DNA of 64,000 nt from an uncultured Acidimicrobiia bacterium (GCA_963836205.1 CAWIIV010000011.1:64001-128000), one strand, 5' to 3'. Counted from the first letter of the stretch, positions 27,396 through 38,943 are shown. Translations and numbers: made by a program. Notes: generated from the letters alone by a model not told the origin.

Positions 27396-28763
27396 TCAGC
27401 CGAGGTGGCGGGGCGACCAGAAACCGGGCTCCGGGCGCCCATGGCGGCCGCCCGTGGCGTAGGCGCGAAGCCGCTCTCGACCGTCTGTCGAGAGGATCTC
27501 GGCGGCATCGAAGAACCCGGCCCGGCCCACGCCCTTGAGGACCCGGGCGGCGGCTTCTTTGGCGGCCGGGAGGTGGCTCGTGAGCAGGACCAGGGGGCGG
27601 AGGCCGGCGGCGGCGACCACCGACGCCCGGCCCAGCGCCTCCCATGCCTCGCCGGTGCGGGCCAGCCCGGCCCGGGGCGTGGTGAGGGCGCCCGAGACGT
27701 CGAAGTACCAGCGGGTGCCTGCCCGGTCGAGGGCGGTGAGGTCGACGGTGAGGCCGGTGCCCCGGATCGAGGGGCCCGGGGCGACCTCGGTGAAGCCGGC
27801 CTCGGCCAGGACGTCGACCGCCAACCGCCCGATTCCAAGTGGCTGCGGCACCCCAACGCCAGCCGCCGGCACCTCGGCCGCCACCCGTCTCCGGGCCGCC
27901 TCCACGTAGGCCGCGTCGGTGTCGTAGCCCGCCCACCGCCGGCCGGTGCGGGCTGCGGCCACGGCCGTCGATCCCGACCCGAGGAAGGGGTCGAGGACGA
28001 GGTCGCCCCGGTAGGTGTACAGCTCGATCAGGCGCTGGGGCAGCTCGACCGGGAAGGGGGCGGGGTGGCCCACCCGGCGGGCGCTCTCGGGGGCGATGCG
28101 CCACACGTCGAGGGTGGACTCGAGGAACTCGTCGGAGGTGACGGTGGCCTCCGACGGCAGCCCCTCGGCCCGCCGGCGGGCGGGGGGACGGGCCCGGTCG
28201 AAGCGACCCTTGCTGGCCACCACCACCCGCTCGCTGACGTCGCGCAGCACCGGGTTGGCCGGGCTGCGGTACGACCCCCAGGCGCACGAACCGGTCGCCC
28301 CCTCCGCCTTCACCCACACGATCTCGCCCCGCAGGAGCAACCCGAGGTCGTCCTGGAGGATGCGGATCACGTCGGAGGCCAGGCTCCGGTACGGCCGCCG
28401 GCCGAGGTTGGCCACGTTCACCGCCATGCGCCCGCCCGGCTCCAACACCCGCCGGCACTCCTCGAAGACGTCGCGCAGCATGCCCAGGTAGTCGAGGTAC
28501 GAGGCGGGCACGCCGCCGACGCCGACCGCCTGCTCGTACTCCTTGCCCGCGTAGTAGGGGGGTGACGTGACCACGAGGGCGACGCAGTCGTCCTTGAGGT
28601 CGTCCATGTGGCGGGCGTCGCCGCACACCAGGGCCGGCTCGGGATCGAAGGCCACCACGCCGTCGTCGGTGCTGATCTCGGGCGGACGGAAGCGGGCGTA
28701 GAACTCGCGGGCGTCGTGGCCCTCCCGCTTGCCGACGCCGAACGGCGAGGTGGAGGTGCCCAC
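27396..28763 (-). CDS. Beta-class N4/N6 DNA methyltransferase with C-terminal restriction-fold-like domain
   Basis: TSPPY precedes HPAPFP and LDPFLGSG; TATGTT-N6-GTG start. Confidence 0.85.
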   Translation of the reverse strand: MGTSTSPFGVGKREGHDAREFYARFRPPEISTDDGVVAFDPEPALVCGDARHMDDLKDDCVALVVTSPPYYAGKEYEQAVGVGGVPASYLDYLGMLRDVFEECRRVLEPGGRMAVNVANLGRRPYRSLASDVIRILQDDLGLLLRGEIVWVKAEGATGSCAWGSYRSPANPVLRDVSERVVVASKGRFDRARPPARRRAEGLPSEATVTSDEFLESTLDVWRIAPESARRVGHPAPFPVELPQRLIELYTYRGDLVLDPFLGSGSTAVAAARTGRRWAGYDTDAAYVEAARRRVAAEVPAAGVGVPQPLGIGRLAVDVLAEAGFTEVAPGPSIRGTGLTVDLTALDRAGTRWYFDVSGALTTPRAGLARTGEAWEALGRASVVAAAGLRPLVLLTSHLPAAKEAAARVLKGVGRAGFFDAAEILSTDGRERLRAYATGGRHGRPEPGFWSPRHLG

Positions 28764-28807
28764 AGCCGAAACATAGCCGTGGGCGCGGCCGGGGGGAACG
28801 ACCCTGC

Positions 28808-29647
28808 TCAGCCGCCGGAGAGGGTGTGGCGGCGGAAGAAGTCGACGGCCAGGGCCGGCACCGCGGTGGGGATCTCGTGCCCGCCCGGGTGGACGTAGGT
28901 GGCCAGCTCGAGGTTGCCCCGACCCGGCTCCAGCTGGAGGTACCCGGAGACCGTGGCCCGGTCGGGGCTGGCGCCGAGCTTCCTCTCCGCGGGCGGGATG
29001 CTCAGCTTCTGGAGGGCGTAGGGGACGATCGGGTCGGCCCGGCCCATCACCATGAACATCGATCGGGCGGGGGAGGCGTCGAGGAGGCGGGCCGAGGGCT
29101 GGGCCGAGACGGTGGCCGCCGAGGCGACGGTCGTCCCCCGCCGGCTGACCAGGAGGGATGCGAACGCGGCCCCGTTCGAGTGTCCGAAGAGGTGGACCCG
29201 ATCGGGGTCGACGGGGAAGTTCGAGCGGAGGGTGGCGAGGATGGTGTCGTAGAAGGCGAGGTCGCGGTCGCCGAGCTCGCCGGCCGCGGTCTGCCAGCCC
29301 GACAGCAGGCCTTGGGGGTCGGTGTTGCCCTTGTGACCGGGGATCCCGTCGGGGTAGACGACGACCGCTCCGGGCCACCGGGCCTGGAGACCGGTGTTGC
29401 GCTCCAGCCAGGCGCCGGTGCCTCCGTGGCCGTGGAAGGCGAACACCACCGGCAGCGGACGGGAGAGGTCGGTCGGTACCACCACGATGGCGGTGCGGCG
29501 GACGCCGGCCACCTGGAACGAGTTGGCGTGCCGGCCGGGGGCGTAGTCGGTCGAGGCGGCCGCGGCCGCGGTGGGCCAGGCTCCGACCGCGGCCGTCCCT
29601 ATCGCCGCCAACAGCACAGGCCACAGGCAACGCCGAATTCGTCTCAT
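28808..29647 (-). CDS. Secreted alpha/beta-hydrolase (PHB depolymerase/LpqC-like esterase)
   Basis: Signal peptide, FHGHGG, VVYPDG, GHSNG. Confidence 0.8.
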   Translation of the reverse strand: MRRIRRCLWPVLLAAIGTAAVGAWPTAAAAASTDYAPGRHANSFQVAGVRRTAIVVVPTDLSRPLPVVFAFHGHGGTGAWLERNTGLQARWPGAVVVYPDGIPGHKGNTDPQGLLSGWQTAAGELGDRDLAFYDTILATLRSNFPVDPDRVHLFGHSNGAAFASLLVSRRGTTVASAATVSAQPSARLLDASPARSMFMVMGRADPIVPYALQKLSIPPAERKLGASPDRATVSGYLQLEPGRGNLELATYVHPGGHEIPTAVPALAVDFFRRHTLSGG

Positions 29648-29727
29648 GTCCCGATTGTCGGCGGCCGGAGCCGGCGTCCTGAGCCCCGTCTCAGGACGTT
29701 CCCAGTTTTGTGGCCCATGCTGGAGGG

Positions 29728-30702
29728 GTGGACGACTACCCGACCGCGCCCGCCGGGGCGACCGCCGGAGTTCCGGGCTGGTATCCCGACCCGTGGTCGG
29801 GCACCCGCCGCCGCTGGTGGACGGGCGAGGTGTGGACGTTCTCCACCATCGAGCTGGGCGAGGACCAGCCCCTCCCCCCGCCCCCGCCGGCACCGGAGCC
29901 GCTCACCGCCCCTCCACCGACCCCGGCTCCGCCATCCCGGGGTGGCCTCGTCATCGCCCTCCTTCTCGCCCTCGGCCTGGTCGCGGGCGTGCTCGGGGCC
30001 ACGCTCCTGGGCAACGACTCCAAGGAGCGGGCGTCCGACGTCGTCCCGACGACGCCGACCACGGGCCTGATCCGGCCGCCGTCGTCCTCGACCACGACCA
30101 CCATCGACCCCCTCGAGTCCGCCCTCCTCTCGCTCGTCGTCCTCCCGGAAGACGTGTCCCCGTCACACACGGTGGGGCTGCTCCCCGGCGGTGACGGCCT
30201 GTTGCAGCCCACCCTCGACGTCTGCAACGGCACGTACCCCAGCGAGGCCCTGCGGGAGGCCCGCCTGCAGGACGTGGTGGTCGACGACCAGGACGAGGTC
30301 TCGCTGAGCACGGAGGCGGTGCTCTACCGCGACGGGGCGGCGGCCGCCCAGGCGTTGGCCGAGCTGCGGTCGGTGGCCGCCGCCTGCCCGGCGGAGCCGG
30401 TGCCCAGTCCCGTCGGCGCGCCGACCGTCACCACCCGCTTCGCCGCCGCCCCCGACGGCGACTGGCCCCAGACCGACACCGTCACCCGGTTGGCCTTCGA
30501 CCTCACGACCACCGACGCCACCGGCCTGACCCGACACTCGATCGCGGTCTACCTCCAACGGGGCCGGGTGCTGCTGGGCGTTTACTTCCCCTCGCCCGAC
30601 GGGCCGCAGTCGCCGATCGCGGGCGAGACCACGATCCGGGGGATCGTCGGCGTGTTCGCCGGGCGGGTGGCGGCCCTGCCGGCGTCGGTCGTCGGGCCCT
30701 GA
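29728..30702 (+). CDS. DUF2510-type membrane protein with extracellular domain
   Basis: PGWYPDPW...RWWTG..WT, Pro-rich linker, one TM helix. Confidence 0.75.
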   Translation: MDDYPTAPAGATAGVPGWYPDPWSGTRRRWWTGEVWTFSTIELGEDQPLPPPPPAPEPLTAPPPTPAPPSRGGLVIALLLALGLVAGVLGATLLGNDSKERASDVVPTTPTTGLIRPPSSSTTTTIDPLESALLSLVVLPEDVSPSHTVGLLPGGDGLLQPTLDVCNGTYPSEALREARLQDVVVDDQDEVSLSTEAVLYRDGAAAAQALAELRSVAAACPAEPVPSPVGAPTVTTRFAAAPDGDWPQTDTVTRLAFDLTTTDATGLTRHSIAVYLQRGRVLLGVYFPSPDGPQSPIAGETTIRGIVGVFAGRVAALPASVVGP

Positions 30703-30706
30703 TCGG

Positions 30707-31171
30707 GTGGAGGTCCGCTCCGACCGGACGTTCACGTTCCCGGTCGGCCCGGCGGAACTGTGGTCGGCGCTGACGAGCGTCGAGCGGTACCGCTCGTGGT
30801 GGCCGTGGCTGCGCCGGTTCGACGGGGTCTCGTTCTCGGAGGGCGCCCACTGGACGTGCGCCGTTCGGGCCCCGCTCCTCTACCCGGTCCGGTTCGTGGT
30901 CGTCCTGGAGGAGGTGGTGGCGGGGCGGTCGGCCGCGGCGGTGGTGACGGGTGACATCGCCGGCCACGCCCGCCTCGACGTGGTCGCGGCCGGGGTCGGC
31001 GGCGGCCTCGGCAGCGAGCTGCGGCTGCGGTCGACGCTTGCATCGCGGCGCTGGCTGCTGCGGGCCATCGCCCGCCTGGCCCCGCCGGTGGCCCGCTTCG
31101 GCCACGACCGCCTCCTCGACACCGGCGTCCGCCAGTTCCGGAAGCGGGCACTCGCCGGGCCCGGTGCGTAG
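30707..31171 (+). CDS. SRPBCC family protein
   Basis: ELWSALT..ERYRSWWPW. Confidence 0.65.
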   Translation: MEVRSDRTFTFPVGPAELWSALTSVERYRSWWPWLRRFDGVSFSEGAHWTCAVRAPLLYPVRFVVVLEEVVAGRSAAAVVTGDIAGHARLDVVAAGVGGGLGSELRLRSTLASRRWLLRAIARLAPPVARFGHDRLLDTGVRQFRKRALAGPGA

Positions 31172-31182
31172 CGTGGAGGGCA

Positions 31183-33978
31183 GTGAGCGGCGGCCAAGGC
31201 TGGGACGTGTTCGTGGCCTACGCCTCGCCCGACCGCGACCGGGCCCGTTCGCTGCACCAAGCGCTGACCACGGCCGGCCTGTCGGTGTTCTTCGACCAGA
31301 CCGCGCTCCGGCCCGGCGACAACTGGCAGCGGGATCTGCCCGGGCACCTGCGCTCCTCGACGGTGGTCGTGGCCCTCATCTCCGCCCACACCGCGGCGGC
31401 CACCTTCGAGAACGAGGAGATCCTGACCGCGCTCGACCAGATCCGGCTGGAGGTGGCCGGCTGGTCCCGCTGCGCCTCGACGCCCTGGCCATGCTGCCGT
31501 TCGGGACCAAGGCGCTCCACGCGGTGGATTTCTTCGACGACGGTGGGATCGCGATTGTGGTCGACCGCATCGTGGACGTCGTCCGCAACCCGGCGAAGGT
31601 GCCGGCGCTGGTGGGTACCCAGGTCTGGTGCGGGCGGATACCAGCCCTGCCGGTCGTCTTCGCCGGTCGCGACGTCCTTCTGGAGGAGTTGGGCGCGTCG
31701 ATCTCTGGTGGCACCGGGGCGGTGCTGACCCAGACGATCAATGGCATGGGCGGCGTCGGGAAGACGACCGTCGCCGCCGCGCTGGCCGAGGCCCACCGCC
31801 ACCGGCTCGACGTGGTGTGGTGGGTCCGAGCCGAGCAGTCGTCGGTGCTGGTTTCCGACTTGGCCGAGCTCGCGCCCAGGGTGGGGGTGCCCATCGACGA
31901 CAACCCGGCCGTGACCGCAGTCGCGGTACGGGACTGGCTGGAGTCGACGACTCGCCCGTGGCTGATGGTGTTCGACAACGTCCCCGAGGAGTCCGCCATC
32001 GTCCCCTGGCGGCCACGGCGGGGGCGGGGGGCAACGGTCGTCACCTCCCGCAATCGCAACATGCGCCGCCTCGGCCGTGTCCTGACGGTCGACACCTTTC
32101 CCCCCGACGTGGCCGAGAGGTTCCTGTGGGACCGGGTGCGAGACGGCAACCCGGAGGCCGCGTCCGAGGACGTCGCTGAGGTCCTCGAGCGGCTGGTCGG
32201 GCTGCCGTTGGCTCTGGAACAGGCCGCGGCCTGGGTGGACCGCGTTCCGAACCGCCGGTTCCGCCGATACGTGGAGCTCTTCGACGACGCTGCCCGCGAG
32301 CCATTCCCCGACGGAACCCGCCCGCTCGAGTACGAACACACTGCCACCACCGCCTGGCGAGTATCGATCGACGCGGCCACGACCGAGGCCCCCTGTGCCG
32401 GACGACTCCTGGCCGTTCTCTCCTACCTTGCCCCCGACGAACTACCGTGCTCGTGGCTTCGGGATCTCGCCGATGCCGGTGACGCCTACCTCGCGGCCTC
32501 AGGGGCCGAGGTCGACGACGGTTTGGCGGCCCTCCACGGCTACTCCCTGGTCGAGGTGAGCTCCATCGACACTGTGGGCGTGCACCGGGTCATCCAGGCC
32601 GCTACGCGGCGCAGCGCGGGGGCGAACGCCGCCGGCTGCGCCATCGCCCTGCTCCGCGCCCAAGTCGACGGCGACGCGTCCAACCACCTCCGTTGGCCAA
32701 CCCTCGCCGCCCTCGTCCCCCACGCCGCCGCCGTCGTTGCCAACGCCAGCCTCGCGTTCGCCGACCGCTCCGAGGACCTGTCGTGGATCCTGGACGACCT
32801 CACCGTCTACCACCGGTCCCGTGGCGCCATCGCCGACGCAATCGGCGCGGGCCTCGTGGCCGTCGGCTTTGCCACGGCCCATCGCGGCCCGGACCATCCC
32901 GACACCCTCGCCAGCCGCAACAACCTCGCCTGCGCCTACGAGTCGGCGGGCGACCTGGGCCGGGCCATCCCCCTCCTCGAGGCGACCCTGGCCGACTACG
33001 AGCGGGTCCTGGGCCCGGACCACCCCGACACCCTCACCAGCCGCAACAACCTCGCCTACGCCTACCAGTCGGCGGGCGACCTGGGCCGGGCCATCCCCCT
33101 CTACGAGGCGACCCTGGCCGACAACGAGCGGGTCCTGGGCCCGGACCACCCCGACACCCTCACCAGCCGCAACAACCTCGCCTCCGCCTACCAGTCGGCG
33201 GGCGACCTGGGCCGGGCCGATCCCCCTCCACGAGGCGACCCTGGCCGACCGCGAGCGGGTCCTGGGCCCGGACCACCCCGACACCCTCGTCAGCCGCAAC
33301 AACCTCGCCTACGCCTACGAGTCGGCGGGCGAGGTGGGCCGGGCCATCCCCCTCCACGAGGCGACCCTGGCCGACTTCGAGCGGATCCTGGGCACGGACC
33401 ACCCCGACACCCTCACCAGCCGCAACAACCTCGCCTACGCCTACGAGTCGGCGGGCGAGGTGGGCCGGGCCATCCCCCTCCACGAGGCGACCCTGGCCGA
33501 CCGCGAGCGGGTCCTGGGCCCGGACCACCCCGACACCCTCACCAGCCGCAACAACCTCGCCTACGCCTACGAGTCGGCGGGCGACTTGGACCGGGCCATC
33601 CCCCTCCACGAGGCGACCCTGGCCGACTTCGAGCGGGTCCTGGGCCCGGACCACCCCGACACCCTCACCAGCCGCAACAACCTCGCCTCCGCCTACGAGT
33701 CGGCGGGCGACCTGGGCCGGGCCGTCCCCCTCCACGAGGCGACCCTGGCCGACCGCGAGCGGGTCCTGGGCCCGGACCACCCCGACACCCTCGCCAGCCG
33801 CAACAACCTCGCCTCCGCCTATCGGGCAGCGGGCGACCTGGGCCGGGCCGTCTCCCTCTTCGAGGCGACCCTGGCCGACTGCGAGCGGGTTCTGGGCCCG
33901 GACCACCCCCACACCCTCACCAGCCGCAACAACCTTGAGCGTGCCCGTAGGGAGTCGGAGTCTCGTCGCCGTCCCTGA
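31183..33978 (+). CDS. TIR-NB-ARC-TPR (STAND/NLR-like) protein, broken by two probable sequencing indels (~31452, 33219)
   Basis: WDVFVAYA..DR...F.D...PGD.W...NEE; GMGGVGKTT; LMVFDN; GLPLALEQAAA; GPDHPDTL repeats. Confidence 0.85.
32885..33935 (+). repeat. About 8.4 copies of a 126-bp (42-aa) TPR unit with very high nucleotide identity
   Basis: GPDHPDTL.SRNNLA.AY.SAG..GRAIPL.EATLAD.ERVL. Confidence 0.93.
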
Positions 33979-34106
33979 CAACGGCGGGTGGTCCCGGCTC
34001 CCACCGTCCGCCGGCCACCGACGCGACCGGGGCTAGAGGGCCGGGCCCAGGTACTGTCGGGATCAGGCCGTCCCGGTGTTCCTGACGGTGTCGAAGGAGC
34101 AAACTC

Positions 34107-34376
34107 ATGGCCGACCTGTCCCCGCAACTGTTCGACGACCTCGTCGCGCTCGACGTCTTCATGTCCGACCGGGTCGATGGCAAGGCGCTCGGTTCCCGAT
34201 CAGTGCTCGACCAGGCGACGGGGCTGCTCATGACCGGGTTGGGCTACGACGCCTTCGAGGCGTTCGACCTCCTGCGTAGCGAATCCCGGTACTCGCACCT
34301 CACGGTCGACAGCGTCGCCCAGGGGGTCGTCGACTCCGAGGCCCGCGCCCGGCAGCTCTGCGCCGCTTCCAGCTGA
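34107..34376 (+). CDS. Stand-alone ANTAR-domain protein
   Basis: SRSVLDQATGLLM...EAFDLLRSES...VA. Confidence 0.75.
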   Translation: MADLSPQLFDDLVALDVFMSDRVDGKALGSRSVLDQATGLLMTGLGYDAFEAFDLLRSESRYSHLTVDSVAQGVVDSEARARQLCAASS

Positions 34377-34383
34377 CCGCCGC

Positions 34384-35826
34384 TCAGAAGATGAGCGGGC
34401 CGGGGTCGGCGGCGATCTCGGCCGACGATCCCTCGGAGATGATGCGGCCCCGCTCCATCACGTAGGCCCGGGAGGCGAGGGCGAGGGCGACGTGGAGGTG
34501 CTGCTCTACCAGCAGGACTCCCGTGCCCTCATCCGCGACCACCTCCCGGAGCACCTTGCCCAGGTCGTTGACGACCCGGGGACCGAGGCCGAGGCTCAAC
34601 TCGTCGACCAGGAGGACCTTTGGGTGGCGGGCGAGGGCTCGCGCCAGGGCCACCATGCGCTGCTCGCCGCCCGAGAGGAGGCCGGCCCGGCGGCCGAGGA
34701 GGTCGGCCAGGGCGGGGAAGCGCTCGACGGCGCGGGCGGTCTCGGCCGCCAGCGCCCGCCGGCCGCCCGCCACAGCGAGGCGGAGGTTCTCCGCCACCGA
34801 CAGCTGGGTGAACAGCGACCGCTCCTGGGGCACGCACGCCAACCCCCGGCGGGCGGCGAAGTGGGGACGTCCCGACGGCACCTCGTAATCGGCGACCCGG
34901 ACCTCGCTCGCCGGGGGGCGGGGGATGGCCCCGGCCGTGGCCAGCACCGTCGTCGTCTTGCCCGCCCCGTTGAGCCCGAGAAGGGCCACCATCTCGCCCG
35001 CGGCGACGGCGAGGTCGACGTTGTGCACCACCTCGTTCCCGCCGTAGCCGGCGGACAGCCGGTGGACTTCGAGCACGGGCGCCCCGTCGGACGCGGCCCC
35101 CGCGGTCCCGGCACCCCCCTCAGGCCCCCCGGCTGGCTCCCCGAGGTAGGCCGCCCGCACCCGGGGGTCGGACCGAAGCGACGCCGGCGAGCCGGTGGCG
35201 ATGACGCGGCCCCGGTCGAGGACGGTGACCCCGTCGCACACGTCGAGCACGAGGTCGAGGTCGTGGTCGACGAGGAGGATGGCCGCGCCGTCGTCGGCCA
35301 GCCGCCGCAGCCGCCGGCCGAGGGCGTGACGGCCGGCAGGGTCGAGTCCGGCCGCGGGCTCGTCGAGCAAGAGCACCGTCGGGCGACCGGCGACGGCCCG
35401 GGTCAGCGCCACCAACCGCCGCTGGGCGTTCGACAGCTGCGCCGGCAGGAGGTCGGCGGTCGGGCCCAGTCCACCGGGGCCGTCCCCCGCCCATTCCGCC
35501 CCGCCGCCCGCCGCCTCGGCCGCCACCAGCAGGTTCTCGCCCACGGTGAGGTCCTCGAACAGCTCCAGCGACTGGAACGTCCGCCCCAGGCCGAGCCGGG
35601 CCCGGGAGTGGGCGGGCAGCCGCTCGACCGTCCGGCCGTCGAGGGAGATGGTCCCCGACGACACCGGCACGAAGCCGGTGAGGGCGTCGATCACCGTGGT
35701 CTTGCCCGCCCCGTTCGGCCCGATGAGGCCGGTCACGGTGCCCGCGGCCAGGTCGAGGTCGACATCGGTCACGGCCGCCACCGGCCCGAACCGCACGGTC
35801 AGCCCGCGCACCTCCAGGAGGCTCAC
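34384..35826 (-). CDS. Fused LivG-LivF ABC ATPase
   Basis: Two Walker A motifs (GPNGAGKTT, GLNGAGKTT), RTFQ, LSGGEQRM. Confidence 0.88.
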   Translation of the reverse strand: MSLLEVRGLTVRFGPVAAVTDVDLDLAAGTVTGLIGPNGAGKTTVIDALTGFVPVSSGTISLDGRTVERLPAHSRARLGLGRTFQSLELFEDLTVGENLLVAAEAAGGGAEWAGDGPGGLGPTADLLPAQLSNAQRRLVALTRAVAGRPTVLLLDEPAAGLDPAGRHALGRRLRRLADDGAAILLVDHDLDLVLDVCDGVTVLDRGRVIATGSPASLRSDPRVRAAYLGEPAGGPEGGAGTAGAASDGAPVLEVHRLSAGYGGNEVVHNVDLAVAAGEMVALLGLNGAGKTTTVLATAGAIPRPPASEVRVADYEVPSGRPHFAARRGLACVPQERSLFTQLSVAENLRLAVAGGRRALAAETARAVERFPALADLLGRRAGLLSGGEQRMVALARALARHPKVLLVDELSLGLGPRVVNDLGKVLREVVADEGTGVLLVEQHLHVALALASRAYVMERGRIISEGSSAEIAADPGPLIF

Positions 35827-37632
35827 CGGGCTCGTCCCACGATGCCCTGGGGCCGGGCGATCGCCACCAGGATCAAGGCCAATCCGGTGATCAGGAGCTG
35901 GTACTTGCCGTCGACGATCGTGAACACCAGCCCGCTCGGCACCAGCAGTCCCCCGACGAGCGCCCCCGACACCGACGCGATCCCGCCCAGGTAGGCGGCG
36001 GCCAGGTACGAGAGCGACACGAACACGCCGAACGAGCCGAACGACAGTCGCCCCTGGCCATAGCCGAGCAGGGCGCCGCCGAGCCCGGCGACGAGGGCCG
36101 ACAGGGCGAACGCGGTCAGCTTGGTGGTGGTGAGTCCGACCCCGCAGGCGGCCGCCGCCCGCTCGTTGGCCCGTACCGCGAGGAACCTCCGCCCGAGGCG
36201 CCCCCGCCGCAACCAGACCACGCCCAGTCCCACCGCCACCAGCACCGCCAGCGCCACCAGTCCGAAGCCCACGGTGCCGGCCCGGCCCACGCCCGGCAGC
36301 GTCGGCACCCGGGTGCCCTCGAAGCCGCCGGTGAGCGCCGGGGCCTTGAACACCGCCTCCTCCACCGCCACCGCCGCGGCCAGCGTCACCACCGCCAGGC
36401 TCAGTCCCCGCAGGCGGAGGGCGGGCAGTCCCACCGCCACCCCCACCACCGCCGCCAGCCCGGCCGCCACCAGGGGGGCGACGGGAAAGGGCACGTCCCA
36501 CGCCGAGATCAGCTTGGCCAGCGAGAAGCCGGCCGCCCCCGCGAACGCCATCTGGGCCAGCGAGATCTGGCCGACGTACCCGGTCAGCACCACCAGCGAC
36601 AGGCAGATGACGGCGCCGACCAGGCTGTTCACCAGTCCCAGCCGGTACTGGCCGCTCAGGGCCAACAGCCCCATCGCTCCCACCGCCACCCCCACGCCGG
36701 CCCACACGCCCGGCCGGCGGACCCTGGTGGCCAGGGGCAGGGGCCGCTCCACCGGCGCGCCCCGGCCCAGGTTGCGACCGGCCCCCAGGGCGAGGGCGAC
36801 GAGGATCACCACCAACGGCAGCGCCTCCCGGACGCCGGCCCGGGGGATCCACGAGAAGTCGTCCTGCAGCTTGAGCATGGCCGATTGGCCCATCCCGAGG
36901 GCGAGGGCGGCCGCCACCGTCGCCCCGAACGACGCCAGCCGGCCGGCCAGCGCCGCGGCCAAGGCGGGCACCACGAGCAGGGTCGTGGTGGCCGGGTCGA
37001 GGCCCGTCAACGGCCCGACCAGGATGCCCCCCAGGCCGGCCAGCACGCTGGCCAGCACCCAGTTGACGGCGGAGACGGTGTCGGGCGAACACCCGAGCAG
37101 TCGCCGCCGAGGTCTGGTCCTCGGCGGTGGCCCGGCTGGCCAGGCCGAAGCGGGTGAAACGGTAGAGAGCCCACAGCCCGGCCGCAGCCAGCACGACAAG
37201 CGCGGCCAGGAGGAGGCGGTCACGAGGCACGTCGACCCCGAGGATGGCGACGGGCCGGTTCGGGAGGAGCGACGGCACCGGCCGGCTGTCGGCGCCGAAC
37301 CACAGGACGGCGAGGGCCTGGAGGGTGGCCAGGAGTCCCACCGAGGCCACCACCCGGGCGAGGGCGGGCGCCGTCCGCAGGGGGCGGAAGACGAGGACGT
37401 GGACCACCAGCCCGAGGGCGGCGGCGGCCACCAGGCTGACGGCCAACGCCGGCCACAACCCGAGGTCGGGACGGAGCTCCACGAAGGCGTAGGTGACGAG
37501 CATCGCCATCGCCCCGTGGGCGAAGTTCACGACCCCCGACGCCCGGTGGACGAGCACCAGCCCGAGCCCGAGCGCCGCGTAGACGGCCCCCGGGCCCAGC
37601 CCCAGGAGCAGGAAGACCAGGTAGCCGTCGAC
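35823..37632 (-). CDS. Fused LivH-LivM ABC permease (indel near 37100; start codon reads GTC)
   Basis: GVVNFAHG, GYVGQISLAQ, AVRANERAA; TAGCCT-N6 before the presumed start. Confidence 0.8.
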
Positions 37633-37710
37633 CGACGCAGGCTACGGGCTCATCCCACCCGCCGCCCGCCGCCCGCCGACGGTGCTCGACAGACGGGGGA
37701 CAATTGGGGC

Positions 37711-38925
37711 GTGACCCTCAGGCACCGGTCCCGAACGAGGTGGGTGGCGCCGGCGGTGGCGCTCATGACCCTCGCCGCCTGCAGCGGCGGCGGCTCGGGC
37801 GGCGGCGACCCGGCTGACCTCGACGGCGGACTCACCGGCCCGCCCGTCGTCGTCGGCCTGCTCAACCAGGAGGACGCCCCCATCGGCTCCTTCCCCGACC
37901 TGCGGAAGGGGGCGGAGGCGGCCGTGCTCCACGTCAACGCCGACCTCGGCGGCGTCGATGGCCGTCCCATCCGCCTCCAGGCCTGCGCCACCCGGGGCAC
38001 GGCCGAGTCGTCGCAGGCGTGCGCGACCAAGCTCGCCGGCGACCACCCCGTCGCCGTCATCGGCGGGGTCGACCTGGGCTCGGCCGCGTCCCTCCCCGTC
38101 CTCGAGGACGCCGGCATCCCGTACGTCGGCTCGCTTCCCCAACTGGGGGAGGAGCTCACGTCCGACGGCGCCTTCATGTTGGCCGGCGGCACGGTCGCCG
38201 ACCTCCTGGGCCAGGCCGACTACGCCCTCGACGTCCTCCACGCCAAGCGCATCGGCGCCCTCTACGTCGATCTCCCGGGCGTGCTCACCACCGTGGTGCG
38301 GGCGGCCGAGATCGTCCTCAAGGCCCGGGGCGCCACCGACGTGAAGCTGGTGGCGGCCAAGGCCGACGAGGCCGACTTCACCCCCGCCCTCAAGGCCGCC
38401 ACCGCCGGCGACCCGGAGGTGGTCTTCGTCGTCTTCCCGGCCCAGGCGTGCGCCCGCATCATGCAGGCCGGCCAATCCCTGTCCGTTGAGGCGGCGATGT
38501 TCTTCCCCAGTGCCTGCGCCGAGCGGAAGGTGGTCGACGCCGCCGGCGACGCGGCCGACGGCGCCTACTTCGGCTCCGCCTACCTCCCGTTCGGCGACCC
38601 GTCCCCCGAGGTCGAGGCGTGGCGGTCGCGGACGAAGTCGGAGGGGGTCCTGTCCCAGGCCGGGTTCAGCGCGGTGATGAACGTCCACCGCATCCTCACC
38701 GAAGCCGCCGACGCCACCCCGGCGGCGGTCACCGCCGCCCTGGCCGGGGCCCGTGACCACCCCGGCTTCATGACCCACGCCTACACGTGCGACGGCAGGC
38801 AGGTGCCGATCATGAAGGCGGTCTGCAACCCCCACGTCCGCATCCTCCGCCTCCAGGACGGTCGCTTCGAGGACGTGGTGGGCGACTGGGTCGACGGCGC
38901 CGACCTGGTGAAGCTGTTCGGCTGA
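37711..38925 (+). CDS. Branched-chain-type ABC substrate-binding lipoprotein
   Basis: Lipobox LAAC; VNADLGGVDGRPIRL. Confidence 0.85.
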   Translation: MTLRHRSRTRWVAPAVALMTLAACSGGGSGGGDPADLDGGLTGPPVVVGLLNQEDAPIGSFPDLRKGAEAAVLHVNADLGGVDGRPIRLQACATRGTAESSQACATKLAGDHPVAVIGGVDLGSAASLPVLEDAGIPYVGSLPQLGEELTSDGAFMLAGGTVADLLGQADYALDVLHAKRIGALYVDLPGVLTTVVRAAEIVLKARGATDVKLVAAKADEADFTPALKAATAGDPEVVFVVFPAQACARIMQAGQSLSVEAAMFFPSACAERKVVDAAGDAADGAYFGSAYLPFGDPSPEVEAWRSRTKSEGVLSQAGFSAVMNVHRILTEAADATPAAVTAALAGARDHPGFMTHAYTCDGRQVPIMKAVCNPHVRILRLQDGRFEDVVGDWVDGADLVKLFG

Positions 38926-38943
38926 GGCGGGGGGCCAGGCCCG

